A stretch of 64,000 bases of DNA from an uncultured delta proteobacterium (GTDB lineage Bacteria; Desulfobacterota; Desulfobacteria; Desulfobacterales; JAHEIW01). Shown here piece after piece: positions 48,051-61,462 of this stretch. Under the pieces are notes generated by a model that did no database searches, had not been told where the DNA came from, and was given only the letters and a program-made list of their open reading frames with translations. The stretch lies in assembly GCA_963706575.1 (NCBI GenBank), contig CAVPNL010000003.1, positions 224,001 through 288,000 on the forward strand, read 5' to 3'. How positions within the stretch are numbered: position 1 is the first letter of the stretch; each line of letters starts with the position of its first letter. The translations under genes and the position numbers were made by a program.

Positions 48051-50507
48051 TTAAACTTCAAACACTTCGATCTGCGTCGGCGCCCTGCCCTCCAAAAATA
48101 TCCGCCACATCTCGCTGTAACCGAGCTCCAGGTTCCTTACAAAACGAGCTGTATCGAAAAGCGGCTTTTTCAGGTGATTGATGTGGAGCTTTTGCCGAAC
48201 GGCATTTAGCTCGGATGGATGTGATGCCAGCTGAACCGCCAGTTTCTCATATTCTTCAAGACAATCAGCGACCAATTCCGGTAGTCCGACGGCACGCAAT
48301 AAACTGGATGACACCCGCGACGCAAAATGACTGCCCTCTATGGTAATCACCGGCACACCGGCCCACAATGAATCGCTGGTGGTCGTGTGGCCGTTGACAA
48401 TCCGGGTGTCCAGAGCCAGATCCGCCCATTTCAGACGTGACAGATGTTGCGCTTTTTCTATCTTCTGTGCAAACACCAGTCGATCAGGGTCGACGCCTCT
48501 ATTGGCGGCCTCCCGGCGCAGATTGCGCCTGGCATTCCGGTTCTCATCAAAAAGCCATAATACGCTGCCGGGAACCTGCTGCAATATCCGCATCCAGCTG
48601 TCAAACAAGACAGGATCAATTTTGTAAGGGAGATTGAACGAGCTGAACACAAAACCTTTATCCGGCAAACCCAGTGCTTTCCGAGTCCAATCCCGAGCTG
48701 CAATTTCCTGTTGATCGTCATTGACCTGATAACAGTGGGGCAAAAAGACCAGTTTTTCATTGTAATAAGGCGCATGGTCCTCAGGGGTAACAATCCTGTC
48801 GGTGATCATATAATCAATGAAATCGGCACCGGTGGTGCCCGGATAACCCAGGTAGTGGACTTGAATGGGAGCCGGGCGACAGGCCAAAATGCCCAGCCTG
48901 GCACCTTTGGTGTGCCCTTTGAGGTCAACTAAAATGTCGACCTCTTCCTCGTAAATGCGTTTGGCCGTATCAATATGAGAGCGTTCACGAATGTCAAAGA
49001 ATTGGTCGCTTTCTTCTATAATCTGATTTCGATAGTGACTGTTATCTTTCGGGCCATAAGAGTAACAATGAACTTCGAATTTTTCCCGGTTATGGAGGCC
49101 GAAAAGACTCCGCATCAAATGAGCAGTGGCATGATCATGAAAATCGCAGGAAAGATAGCCGATTGTAAGCTTAGGCTTTTTTTGTCGTCTGGTTTCAAAT
49201 GCAAAAGGCAGTTTTACGTTTTGTAGTGGTTGTTCAATTTTGCGGCTCCATGTTTTTGCTACGGTCAAATTCATTGCCGGGTCGGAATTTGTTGCCATGC
49301 AAATAAACGGCGGTTGGATGATGGATTGCCCATTATCCGTTGCACGCCGAATCAAAAGATCCAGTTTTTCTGAAAAGCAAGACATTAGGTGCCAGTCGCA
49401 AGTGTGCTGTACCTGATGAATGAGATAACTGTATGCTTCAGCGTAATCGGGGTTGATCGCAATGGCTTTTTGAAAGCAGTCAATTGCTTCATCGCGCCGG
49501 CCCTCTTCGGCTAATACGACGCCCATATAGTTGTATGCCTCGGCAAACTGCGGATTTAGCTGAGTGGCTTTTTGAAAACATCCGATCGCTCCAGCCGTAT
49601 GCTCGGCTTCAGCATAGGTGACTCCTAAATTTAAATACGCTGTGGCGTTTGCAGGGCGGATTTGCAAAGCCTTCTGATAGCAGTCAATTGCCTTACTGAA
49701 ATCACCCTGGTCTTTAAATGTGTTACCCAGGTTAATATGGGCTTCATCGAGCTCTGGTTTTAGTTGAATGGCCTTTTGGCAGTAGAAAATCGCATCGTCT
49801 ATGAAACCCAGCTGTTTTGACAAATTGCCCAGGTTATTGTGGGCTTCGGCCCAGTCCGGTTTGAATTGAATGCAGTGCTTCAAGCAGGTAATGGCTTCGT
49901 CAAAGCGGTCTTTCTTTTCCAAAATATTGGCCTGGTTGTAAAACGCTTCAACCAGCATGGGGTTTAAAGAGGTTGCCTGCCGGTAGCAGGAAACGGCCTC
50001 ATCGAAAAGTCGCTGTTCTTTGAGGGTATTCCCTAAATTATAGTATGCTTCAGCGCTGTTCGGTTTAAGCGCAATCGCTTTTTGATAGGCAGAAGCGGCC
50101 CGGTCAAGGTCGGCCAATTGATGATAGGCAATGCCCATATTGATATAAGTTTCAACGAGATCGGGTTTGATTTGAAGCGCTTTTTGATAGCAGGCAATGG
50201 CCTGCTCGCAGCGGTCGCTATCGCGGTAGGCATTGCCCAGGTTGTTGTGGAAAATGGGTTGATCGGGGACGATTTGAATGGCCCGGCTGATTAAATCAAT
50301 AGCCGCTAAGTTGTCTTGCATCTGATTTAAAAGCACGCCCAATAGATGCAAGGCGTTCGCATTCTCGGGCATAACATCCAGTATCTCTCTGTAATTCTTT
50401 TCGGCCAGTTCCAAATCACCTTGCTGGTGATAATGTAACCCGCGTTCCAGAATTGAGGTCAGATGTGTGGCTGAAGCTTTTTTTGAATGATCCGATCTAA
50501 AATTCAC
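48051..50507 (-). CDS. TPR + GT41 O-GlcNAc transferase-like protein
   Basis: About 10 TPRs, then IGYLSCDFHDHAT, DILVDLKGHT, PAPIQVHYLGYPGTTG, FNLPYKI, GHTTTSDSLWAGVP. Confidence 0.92.
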   Translation of the reverse strand: MNFRSDHSKKASATHLTSILERGLHYHQQGDLELAEKNYREILDVMPENANALHLLGVLLNQMQDNLAAIDLISRAIQIVPDQPIFHNNLGNAYRDSDRCEQAIACYQKALQIKPDLVETYINMGIAYHQLADLDRAASAYQKAIALKPNSAEAYYNLGNTLKEQRLFDEAVSCYRQATSLNPMLVEAFYNQANILEKKDRFDEAITCLKHCIQFKPDWAEAHNNLGNLSKQLGFIDDAIFYCQKAIQLKPELDEAHINLGNTFKDQGDFSKAIDCYQKALQIRPANATAYLNLGVTYAEAEHTAGAIGCFQKATQLNPQFAEAYNYMGVVLAEEGRRDEAIDCFQKAIAINPDYAEAYSYLIHQVQHTCDWHLMSCFSEKLDLLIRRATDNGQSIIQPPFICMATNSDPAMNLTVAKTWSRKIEQPLQNVKLPFAFETRRQKKPKLTIGYLSCDFHDHATAHLMRSLFGLHNREKFEVHCYSYGPKDNSHYRNQIIEESDQFFDIRERSHIDTAKRIYEEEVDILVDLKGHTKGARLGILACRPAPIQVHYLGYPGTTGADFIDYMITDRIVTPEDHAPYYNEKLVFLPHCYQVNDDQQEIAARDWTRKALGLPDKGFVFSSFNLPYKIDPVLFDSWMRILQQVPGSVLWLFDENRNARRNLRREAANRGVDPDRLVFAQKIEKAQHLSRLKWADLALDTRIVNGHTTTSDSLWAGVPVITIEGSHFASRVSSSLLRAVGLPELVADCLEEYEKLAVQLASHPSELNAVRQKLHINHLKKPLFDTARFVRNLELGYSEMWRIFLEGRAPTQIEVFEV

Positions 50508-50564
50508 TTTTCATGATTTTCACGGACACGAGACAATCGTGACCGAACTTTTATCTGAAAATAT

Positions 50565-53500
50565 CTATTGGGGTAAATTTTCAAATTTAATCGGCTGTCG
50601 ATCCGTTAGCCCTGTTGGCGGGATTTCCGATAATTGTTGGGCCATGTCGTTCATTTGAATGCATTCGGTGAATAAGTCCAAAATCCCTTTATTAATGATA
50701 TCGCATTCAATCGCAGCCCCGAGCACCCGCATGGCATATTCCACTTTTTTAGCCGCCAGGAGGCTCTGTGCGAGTTCAAGGCACGGAATTTCAAGGTGAG
50801 AGCCCAAAGGAGTATTTTTTAATTTTCGGATGCCATCAAGTCCCTTTTCTTTCGGACCTGCACAGCAGTATGCAGCCGATAGAATAAACTGAGCCGGCGG
50901 GTAATCTGGAAAACTGTTCAACAGGCCCTCGAGAATGCTGATGGTTTTGGGTGCATCGCCGCACTGCAACTCAGCCAGTGCTTGGTTGTATTGCGCTTCT
51001 TTCAGATCCGGGTCGTACTCCACGGCCTTTTTGCCTGCATTAAGGGCGTCTTCAAATATACCAAGCCGATTATAAATGTTTCCCATATTCACATAGGCAT
51101 TTGCAGCCAGCTTCGGATTTGGATTAAGGGCAAGCAGTCTTTGCCACAACTCAAGAGCTTGCTCGTTTTTCTCCAGAACGGTTGCTTGTATCGCCAATTC
51201 CCATAGGGCACGAATATCCTCACCCATCTCGGATAACTTTTTCAGGCCGATATCAAAATAGGTTTCCCCTTTGCGCCCCAGTTTTTCTTGATCCAGCCGG
51301 CCGTAATGGTGTACCGGAATACGGCATTTTTTGGTTTCGATACCATTTCTTTTCAAAAGCGGATCGACCATCTCATGCACCGCCCCTTCAAACCGGATCT
51401 GATCCTTGCCGTAAAACAGCCTTACTTTTTCACTGGGCAGCCACCCGAAAGTCGCTTCTTCATCAGGATATTGTCCATCATTGGGCACCCACCCTACAAT
51501 ATTGGGCACTTTGCTATAGTTTCGGGTGGTAATGGAGTATGCGATCGGCGCCCGGGGTATCTTTTTCACAAGTCTATTAAAATCCGCATGGTCCAGGTGA
51601 GAAATCACCTCATCGCCGTCCAGAATTAAAATCCACTCAGCGGATGCTTTTGATATCGAATAGTTGCGCGCTGCGGCAAAATCATCTCTCCACTCATAAT
51701 CATAGACTTGGGCCCCAAAAGTAATGGCAATATCTTTGGATCGATCCGTGGAACCGGTATCAACGACAATCATTTCATCAACAATCGGCTTTACACTGGC
51801 CAGACATCTGGCGAGATACGTTTCTTCATCTTTAATAATCATGCACAAAGAGACAGGCGCCTTCTTCGAGGATTTGTTAAGGGTCATTGCCCCCAGTTTC
51901 TCTCTGACCTTCAGCGCGGCGCCCAGGATGCCATCCGCAATACCGAATTTGATAATTGCATCTTCAATTTCAAGCATCGCCACCTCATATTTGCCCTGCC
52001 GGATGAGAGAATCGATCAGTATATATTTTATTTTCTGGTTGTTCGGGTACAGCTGCGCCGCCTGACGTGCAACGTCTTCAGTCTTTTCAAAATCACCGAG
52101 CCCTTCGATAAAAGCATGATAATTGGTTGCAATATCTAAATCCGTCGGTGACAGGATGAAACCTTTTTCAAAAAACTTTAGGGCCTCTTCAGGTTGCTTT
52201 GTCTCCAGCTGTAACATGCCTAAATTTGTGTAAGGCTCTCCATACCCCCGATCAGACGTGATTGCTCGTTTGAAGTATTTTTCAGCAGAATCGTGGTCAT
52301 TGTTGCGGTAGGCCAGAATGCCTTTGAGGTTCAAGCCCCGCGCATGGGCGGGATCCATTGCAAGCACCTGTTCAACGCTGGCCCTTGCCGCCTCATAATT
52401 TTCCAGACCTTCTTCCGTATATCCTGAAAGTAAAACTTTTTTTATTTCCGGGTTGCCGTTTTCCGAGGGCATCTCATTTAAAACATCCTTTGCATCCTGA
52501 AATCTTTTTGCAGCCACTAAGATCTCTGCAAGCTCAAGGTAAAGACGCTTTTCTTCAGGTTGAACCCTTATTGCATTCAACAATATCTCTACCGCCTGAT
52601 CAATTTGGCCTTTCTGACTTAATTCATTTGCGTTCGATATATATTGTACGGTCTGTAATGCTTTGGCTTCCGGGTTTTGAGTGCCATTCCATGTTTCATT
52701 ATATTTCTTTCGGTCTTCGCCGGCCGATTTTTCCGTTGAAGCGTTCTTTTTGACTTTGTGCCGATCGTAATGAAAAACATATGTATCAGCGGCAATCAAA
52801 TTCTGATAGCCCCCTGCGACCGACCGGTTGCAAAAGTCTTCGACAATCATTTCTTCTGAAGCAAACTGTTCATCAAAATATCCGATTGTATCGGGTAAAT
52901 CTCGCCGGAAAGCCAGACAAAAACCGGCGAGTTTTCGGGTTGCCACCCGTCTATATTGGTTTTGTTCACGAAACGCTTCTGCAGTGGATTCGAACTCAAG
53001 CCGATCGGAATCGTCAGGATGCATCAGTTGCTGAATGCCTGCTGCCCGATTGGACATGGGGCCCACGACACCGATATTCGGCTCAAGTTTGAAACACATT
53101 TTAAACGCTTTAAGCCAACCTTCCGGTACCGCCACATCATTGTGCATCAAAACAATAATCTCGCCGGCGGCTTTCTGGATCGCCTGATTGAGAGATTCAG
53201 CCCGGCCCTCCGGTCCGGCACACTCAATAATGTGGTAACGGTCGTTATCATTTATAAGTTGTTGCGCCCATTTGAGCATGCCTTTCGTTGACCCGCGATC
53301 GATAAGCAACAACTCGTAAGGATCTGCCGTGTGCGCCTGAATGCTTTTTACGCATTCTTTTACGCGATTTTGGATCCCGTCGAGGCTGATTACAATTGAT
53401 GCGGTTGTTTTGCGGTCAATATCCTGGTTTTCAGATTCTCCTGAATTGATATCCGTTGATTCAATTTTCGCACTTGAAACGCTCACATCGATTAAAGAAT

Positions 53501-56500
53501 CTACGCTCGCTGATGGCGGCTCAATTTGCCGGCTATTCAGGGCCTGAAGATTTTTGCCGGCATCTTCATTGTCCGGCGCCAACGATAGAACCCGTTCATA
53601 AAAACCTTTAGCATCGTCAAACTTTTTGAGCGCCACGCATATGTGACCGGTAATCAGCAGCGTCTCTACATCATCGGGGTGTGTTGCCAGGATGTTCACA
53701 TAAATTTGAAGGGCCTCTTCTACCTTTCCCTGTTCTACGAACAAAAAGTCCGCCTGGTTTTTTTGAAAGTTAATATTATCGGGCATTAATTCAACGGCAC
53801 GTCCATAATGATGCCGGGCTTTTTCTTTGTCACCCGTATGATAATGAAGCACGCCCAGATCATTGTGCGCCAGAGCAAAGCCCGGATAGGTTTGCAGCAA
53901 TTCTTCTAATAGTGAGATCGCTTTGTGCGGATCTCCGTTATTTAATAACGGCTGAATCTCCCGATACAGTTCTTCGGGCGATTTAAGTTCTGGTGTAATC
54001 GGGTTCATTTTGTCCAATTTATTCAGATTGCTTTGGGCAGCTTCATTCTGCGGTTCAAGCTCCAATATGCGTTGATAAAACACTTTGGCATCCTCAAACT
54101 GATGCAATGCCAACGCAAATATGACCGGTGATCAGCAACGTTTCGACATCCTGTGGATCGAGTTCCAAAATTTTAACATAGATTTGCAGGGCCTCTTCGA
54201 CCCTGCCCATTTCAACAACGTAAAAATCGGCCAGATTCTTTTGAAACACCATGTTCTCTGGATCCAGTTGAACGGCTTTTTCATAAAATTGCTGCGCTTT
54301 TTCTTTGTTGCCGGCTTGATAGTGCAAAACGCCCAAATCGTTGTGCGCCAGCGCAAATTGAGGGTAAGATTCTGCCAGCATTTCAAGCTCATTGATCAAT
54401 TGCTCGGGTGTCTTATTTTGCATTGATTGCTGGATCGCTTGATAGATCTCCTGCGGTGTTTTCATGGCTTGAGCCGCCTGACTGTCTGATGGATCGGCAA
54501 ACCGGCGCAGCGGTCTGTCTTTTAAGGTTGTTAAACGCTGCAAAATAAGATCTGTTGACATTTCCCAATCCACTTTTGTCTTAATTTGATTCGCTGCAAT
54601 CAGGCCCCTGTGTTTTGCTTGCTCGGGACGTTCATATACCTGCTTTAATAATTGGATCAAATGAGCCTTGTCGGGCTCCAATAACCAACCGGGTGCTCTT
54701 AAAACATGTCCGTTCAGTTGAACTGATCTTTTGGTGCTGTCGATAAAAAATGCGGTTTCTTCAGAGCAGAAATCGTCACAGGCCCCGCCTTTGGTGACAA
54801 TAACCGGCAACCCGCAGGCCATGGCCTCGGCCACCGGCAGTCCAAACCCCTCCCCGCGATAAGGGTGCACCAGACAATCACAGGCCGTGTATAGGCCGGC
54901 AATTTCCTCATGTTTAAGTGTTTCGGTCAGGTATAAAATTTCCGGCGCGGCCGGATCCTTCTGGATATCTTCAATCATCTGCGCGGCATTTTGTCCCTTG
55001 TAAAAGGACTCCCCCCCCATGTCCTTGATCACAAGGCAAACATCATCTTCGCTGGTAAAGGCCTCTGCATAGGCGCTCAGCAAAATATCTATGCCTTTGC
55101 GCATGATGGTGCCGCCGACAAATAAAAATTTGAACTTTTTATTTGTAGTAACTGGGAGTTTTGCTATTTCCGGATGGAATTGGTTATAATTTACACCGTT
55201 AGGAACAACGAATACCTTATCCGATGATATTCCACTGTTTATGTAAACATCACGAACATAATTGCTCGGCACCCAGAGTTCATCGACCAGGGTTTCCATG
55301 GGCTCTACCCAATCCTTTGGCAGAGCACCGAATTCCCAGGGTTGAATGATAATCCAGTGACCCTCGGGCGGGGGGGTGAAATTGGGCGGCCACTGGTGCC
55401 GCACACAAAAATCAGCCGCACCTGATAGCGGTTTTCGCAGTCGCTCTTCGATCAGGCCGAATCGTTCGGGATCTTCTTCCGGGCCAAACTCATGCGGTTC
55501 ATAGGGAATAAGGGAAAGTTCAATGTCATGACGTCCGGCCAGTTGGACACACAGCTCTCTATTTACCAGAGCCAGACTGTGATTGACGAACTGAGAGCCC
55601 TCCCATTTAACCACTATTTTTTTATTTTTGGCCTTATCGATAAATCTTCCACTATCATCGAAATAATCGCCCCAGCGAGCGAAAAAGGTTTGCAAATTTT
55701 CTTTTACATGATCGAATCGACCCTCTGTTCTTCCTTCATAGTGATATAAGGTACTTTTGGGGTTATAAATAACCTTAAAGCCTTTTGATCTGACTTTCAG
55801 ACACAGATCAATATCTTCGACTCCGTTTTTGTATTGCTCGTCAAAACCGGCACATTCGAAAAACAAATCCCTTTTAATTAACAGGCATGCGCCGGTCACC
55901 ATGTCCAGTTCTTTAAGTTCATTGGCCTCAGGATGGTCGCCCGGTAAATTTCTAAAGGGATGATCCGGTATACCGTTTATAAAACCAATTCCTGCGTGTT
56001 GTATTGTATCGTCAGGATAAAGTAGCTTGCTTCCAACGATCCCCACATCGTCATCGGAATCTGCGGAACCGACCATTTCTTCGAGCCAGCCTTCCTGCGG
56101 CAAGGTATCATTATTCAAAAAAACAAGGTGATGCCCACGACCAAGTCTGGCTCCCTGGTTACAGGCCTTGGCAAATCCCAGATTCTCTTTGTTTGTTATC
56201 ACTTTAACCTTTTCGGGGATGCCGGATAGATATTCCCTGGTTCCATCTGTGGAATTATTATCTATAACGATAACTTCAAAAGAGGAGTTTGTTGAATTCT
56301 TATATAGGGCTTCAATACATCGCTTGGTGTAATCTAGCTGGTTAAAGACCGGGATAATTATCGAACACAACTTGGTTTGTTTGGTATTGATTTTTGAATA
56401 GCGTTTTTGATAATTCGATTGTATATGCAGGACTTCTAAATCCGGTAAAATGCCTTTTCTGCTGATGGCATCATCCGTTATCCATTGAAGGCCTGTAAAT

Positions 56501-58482
56501 TCAGTAATATGTTCTATATTGAATTTTTCACCAATACGTAACCAAAATTCTTGATCCCCATCGGCGATGTAGCGTTCGTCAAAAAATCCAATTTGCGGAT
56601 GCAGTTGTTTTCGCCACATGGGATGGGGTCCCACTAGACAAGTATTCAAGTGGTTTTGAAAGGAGTACGGTGGCCATCTATAGGCGTCAGTATGGGTATT
56701 GTTTTCAAAACTTTCATGCGGTGTTTTTGTAAGATAGGTATCACCGTATACAAGCATGCAGTCAGGATTTTCGTCTAGATATCGGGCTAAAATCTCACAC
56801 GCTTCCTGGTTGAGGATATCATTCGTACTTGCGCTTATGCAGTACCTTCCAGAAGCCTCCCTTATAGCGATATTCCAGGCCGTATATATCCCAATACGAC
56901 CCTTTGTTTTGATGTAAGTAATATTTGAGTATCGCTTCTGAAATTCTTGAACAATTGTTTCTTCATTCTGAGGAGAATGGGCGTCAACAACTACGATTTC
57001 CAAATTTTTACTGATCGTCTGGGACTCTAAGTTCTCCAAACATTCGCGAATAAATTCTTCGGAATTATAGGTAGATACAATAGCGGAAACAATATAGTCT
57101 TTTTTCTCGGCTTTGACTTTTTTGATAATTTGCTTGTCTTTTTCAGTATCTTGCAATTTTTCCCAGTTTTTCGTTATTTGATCATCTTCAGGATTTCGCA
57201 TAAGGTAATAAAGATATATTTCCCTGGCTTTATTGACCTCTCCTGATAATTCAATTTTTTCTCCAAGTTTCAAAAATACATCTCTTACATCGATGTTTTT
57301 AGGGGCAATTTCCAGTGCTTTTTGGCAAAAAATAATGGCGTCATCAATTTTTTCTAAATCCATTGAAATAAGGCCCAGAACCAAAAGAGCTTCCAAATCT
57401 TCAGGATTTTTTCTTATTATATTAAGATATTTTTCAAGTATTTGTTCACGTTTATCAGGTTTATCATAATACGCTGCAAGGTCTTTTCGAAAGTTATGGC
57501 CTTTAGTATAAAGACCTTCCCCTTCTTTGTCTGGAGCCTTGTTCTTTTCAAAATCGATTTGCTTGTTGTTGCCTAATCTTCTCTGTGAATCCAATTTTTG
57601 CTTTAGCTCTTGAAAATCGTATCCCATTTTTGAGACAATATCTGGACCTAATGTCTCTAGATACTGATCGGCAAATCCAACAAGCTCTGGAGACGAAATG
57701 TTTTTTAACCACTTGTCGATATTGTGGGTTACTGGCCGGCTATGTTGATAAATACCAACCGGGTCACCAAATCTCCCTATTGGTTTTGGTTTATCGCCAT
57801 AAGTCAGCATTTCTGGTCGAAAGGAAATTCCAAGTTTGTTGCAAATTGCTCTTACAGAATTTTCTGAATACTCAACCAATTCCTCATATTTTACAACAAT
57901 GGCATCTCTTGCCAATAGTTGCATTCCCTTGACTAAGTTGGACGGACCCTGGAGGATATCTAAATAATTTGGACTTTTTTTGAGGGTTTCTGGATTGTTT
58001 TGAAACCATGTTTTTAAGGTAGATGAAAGTACAGCCAGCGGATTTCTTAAAAGAAAAATGAATTTGGCTTCAGGAAAAACCTTTTTGAGTTCAGGAATGA
58101 TCAAATGATACCTTGGGGTTTTATCCAAGAATAATCGTTTACCCGATACCTCAAGTGCACGGTTATACAGGGTCGAGCCCATATGTCTCAAAGCCTTATA
58201 ATACAGTTCCTGACCTTCGGGCACCTGTGAAAGAAAATCTTCTAATCCTTGCCTGGCTAGATTGGAATCGAATTCTGCTAGTAAACCGTTATTTTTTAAT
58301 GCATAAATCGGATAAAGCATAATCCAAGGTTCTGCAATGGTGTGAATGTCCGAGTGCCCACTTAATATTCGCTGCAAAAGGGTGGAACCGGCTCGCGGTT
58401 GTGAAATCAGAAAAATAAGGTTTTGGCCAAACATATCCATCTCCGATGTATTTTCCTGCTTTGAAGGGTTAACGTTTTGCAT
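50565..58482 (-). CDS. giant multidomain sulfotransferase/TPR/glycosyltransferase (~2,640 aa), +1 frameshift near 54112
   Basis: Sulfotransferase (PRAGSTLLQR, DKTPRY); TPR; GT2 (IVSTYN); GT2 (IIIPVFNQ, FLNNDT); GT4 (RKGID, EGFGLPVAEAMACG); TPRs; GT2-like; TPRs; GT2 (SLCMIIKDE, LDGDE); TPRs. The junction LLITGHICV/ALHQFEDAK matches an internal duplicate LLITGHICVALKKFDDAK. Confidence 0.8.
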
Positions 58483-59345
58483 AACTTGGTGAATTCGATC
58501 GAATTTGCCTGAATTTATAGTTGGACTTGACTATTCTATCATCCAACTCTACATCACCATTAATCTCAAACTCGGATCTTGTCCCATAAATCCACGTCGA
58601 ACTTGTTGGTTTGAACACAGTGTATTCCGCTACCATCATGACCAATATTCTTTACTAATGACTTTCTTGGGTAGATAGTATATTTTTCATTCAAAAACTG
58701 ATAGTAGAAAATCTTTACATCAAGTGCATCCATTTTGCCGGCTGCATCCAACAAAATCATATTTAGTAAATCTTCACCATATTTTGATAATTCTTCAACT
58801 TCTTTATTATTTGAGAATCTTTTCAGAACTTCAGCATTATCTAAATAAGAAATCTTCTTAAATCGGTCATGCCAGATACCCATGCCCCAGGCACAAGCTC
58901 TTCGCAGTAAATAAATTTCAGGAATATAGTCAGCAGGAATACTTATTGGTGGAGAGTATCCGGAAATGCTAAATATTTTCTCATCTTTCTCATAAAAATT
59001 TAACGATTCATTCATGAATTTGAGAAAACCGGGGGCTGTAACAATGTCTTCTTCCAAGTATATGCACTTCCCATAATTTTCAAGAAGTTCAAAAATTCCA
59101 TCCCGATTATTTCGTATTCTACTATTTTGCGTCTTTTTAAAGACATGCACATTTTTGAAACCATTGATTGTATCTACATACTTCCTGATTGCATCTACCT
59201 TTTTTTCGTCGCCTGGTTTTGCTCCATCTGAAAATATATATAAATCACTTTCTTTCGCCAATGTATTAGCTTTTAGAGCTTTTATGGTTTGTTTTAGGTG
59301 TAGCAATCTTGAATATGTTGATAATCCTATTGGGGCTAAGCTCAA
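58469..59345 (-). CDS. GT-A fold sugar transferase, +1 frameshift near 58573
   Basis: LAPIGLSTYSR...FSDGAK...LEEDI...SISGY...NIGHDGSGIH. The repaired C-terminus ends at 58469. Confidence 0.8.
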
Positions 59346-59491
59346 AATGCTCTCCTTCTAAAAGTTAAAAATGGATGCATAACTTGACCGATCCGTAGAT
59401 TAAATTTTTCTAAAAGTCATTTGATTTCCCGCCCAATTACTTGATCAAGAACGGCTTAAAAATAAAACGCGGACTTCGCTTGTTACAATCT

Positions 59492-60483
59492 CTATGATGT
59501 TTGTATGCATGACAACGCCTTCTTTGCTTCGGCTTCGTTGAATTCATCATCAAAATTCAAGCTTGGCTTAAAATAAGTTGGGCCGGTATATGCCTTATTT
59601 GTGTTGTACCCAAGCAATTGTAATCGGGAGAGTATCTCGTGGTACTGTCGTTGCAGGATCTTTACAGAATTTTTCATATGATATAACGATGCTGTGTTCG
59701 GGCTGAATTCTATGAAGCGTTTTTTCGATATGTTTGTTGGTGTAATAGACTTGACCTGCTAGTTGCATATAAACATTTTTGGTTTTCAATGTTTCGTATT
59801 CAGGTGGTTTGAACGAATACCATTTACTAAGATCATTAAAAAATATTTTGCGCGTTTTAAATAACGATGCCATATTGTGTACAGCGTTTCTTTTGATCAA
59901 TAGGAACAAAGGCTTTTGCAATATATGATTTAAATAATCAATATTCCAATTCATAATAAGTGCTTTGAGTAATAGCGGTTTTTCAAAACAACTTTCTATC
60001 GCGGCTAATTCTTTAAGGAACAATTCATGATTAACTTCTGCCAGTTTCGCTTTGCTCAGCGACTGGATTTTGCCGAAATGGAAGAATCTACGCCAAAAAT
60101 ACCAAAATTCGTGAGGTGAGTGAGCACCCTTTGTTTTGCCCAGCCGGGACGTGAAGTCAAACTGCTTGTTACCGTACAGTTCTCCGTGCTTATCAAAATC
60201 AACGAATATTTTGTGGAGCAATCCCCCGATATACGGGGCATTGTAAAAGCGAGACATAATATTGCTGGGATATGCAAACAAGCCTGTAGCAGCTAACCAT
60301 TGATATAGCAAGTGTTGTTCCGCTACGGGGGTTTCCAACAATAAACACAGCAGGTAGTTTGGGCTGGGTCAGGTTAGAAACCTCATGGAGCTCTGGCTCT
60401 TCAAACAAGCAGTTGACTTTGTCGAGCAGATCTTCTAAAGCTTTCGCACGTTTATGCGTGTCCGTTCGCAAGTCGTTATCCAT
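59492..60483 (-). CDS. sulfotransferase family protein, two +1 frameshifts (~60315, ~59650)
   Basis: FIVGNPRSGTTL 5'-PAPS-binding loop; PHEFWYFW; ISYEKFCKDP. Confidence 0.8.
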
Positions 60484-61455
60484 TACATTCCTTAATAACA
60501 GAAACAATACGATGCATATCGCGTCGACCATACCGTTGGTCAATGGGAAGCGGTATCAAGTGTTCTACCAGATACGATTCAAAAACGTTCGAACCATTAC
60601 CCATTTCAGATATTTGTGGCCAATATGTGGGGGTAAAAATATTATTTTCTTGCAAGCGTTCTCTGAGGTGTTTATTATCGCAGAGATATGGATACATCAT
60701 GGGACCAGTGATTGTGCCGCCATCAATCATAGGGGAAAGTTGGTTGAACTTATGCAGAGCCTTGTGTAGCTCATTGAAATTTTTATTTCTCTTGCTGCGG
60801 ACCCATTCATAATCAATGTTTAATAATATTTTCTTTGTTAAGCGTGACATGCCGGCCATAGATCGATTGTCGAATTCTTGCTCATGGGATCTGAAGTCAG
60901 AAAAACCTTCCGAGGCTCCAAGTTCAATTCTTTTTAACAGATGCAAGCATCGCTCATAAGAAGCCTGGTCTTGTGGCAGGGATAGAGTCGAGTCCTCTGT
61001 TTGCATAAGCAAAACCACCATCAGGGACGCCAAAAAATTTTCTCGGCGAATAAAAGGTTGGTGCGTGGCTGCAGGGTAAATTAAAAAAGGCCTGGGCATT
61101 GTCTATAATAGTATTGGTATATTTCTGTGCCAACTTCTTAGCCGTTTCATTTTTAAGGCCAAAATAATTAATATACAATATATACTCATCACTACCGACC
61201 GTGAAGTTTTGATCCGGTTCAAGATCCTCATTGATAGAATAAAAATGCATAGTCTATCTGTAGTTTTTGAAGCGGCTGAAGCATTACGGGACATATATAC
61301 AATGGTATGTATACCTTTTTCACCGCAAGGCTTTCTAAGATATATGCGAACGCATTTCTCCCGCTATTAAGAGCTGCGGCGTTGTCATGAAAAAGGCTAT
61401 CGTATTGACGCAACTCTAACTCAAAATAACCACCTATTGGCTGTGTGCTGCTCAT
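60476..61455 (-). CDS. PLP-dependent aminotransferase-like (DegT-related) protein, two +1 frameshifts (~61245, ~60980)
   Basis: IGGYFELE; NSGRNAF; INYFGLK; IDNAQAFF; FYSPRKFFGVPDGG; LPIDQRY. Confidence 0.75.
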
Positions 61456-61462
61456 GGATTAC

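Noticed and set aside
8571..57932. The many 60-240 aa plus-strand ORFs antisense to flagellar and glycosylation genes
   Set aside because: They are shadow frames of well-supported minus-strand genes with no recognisable motifs.
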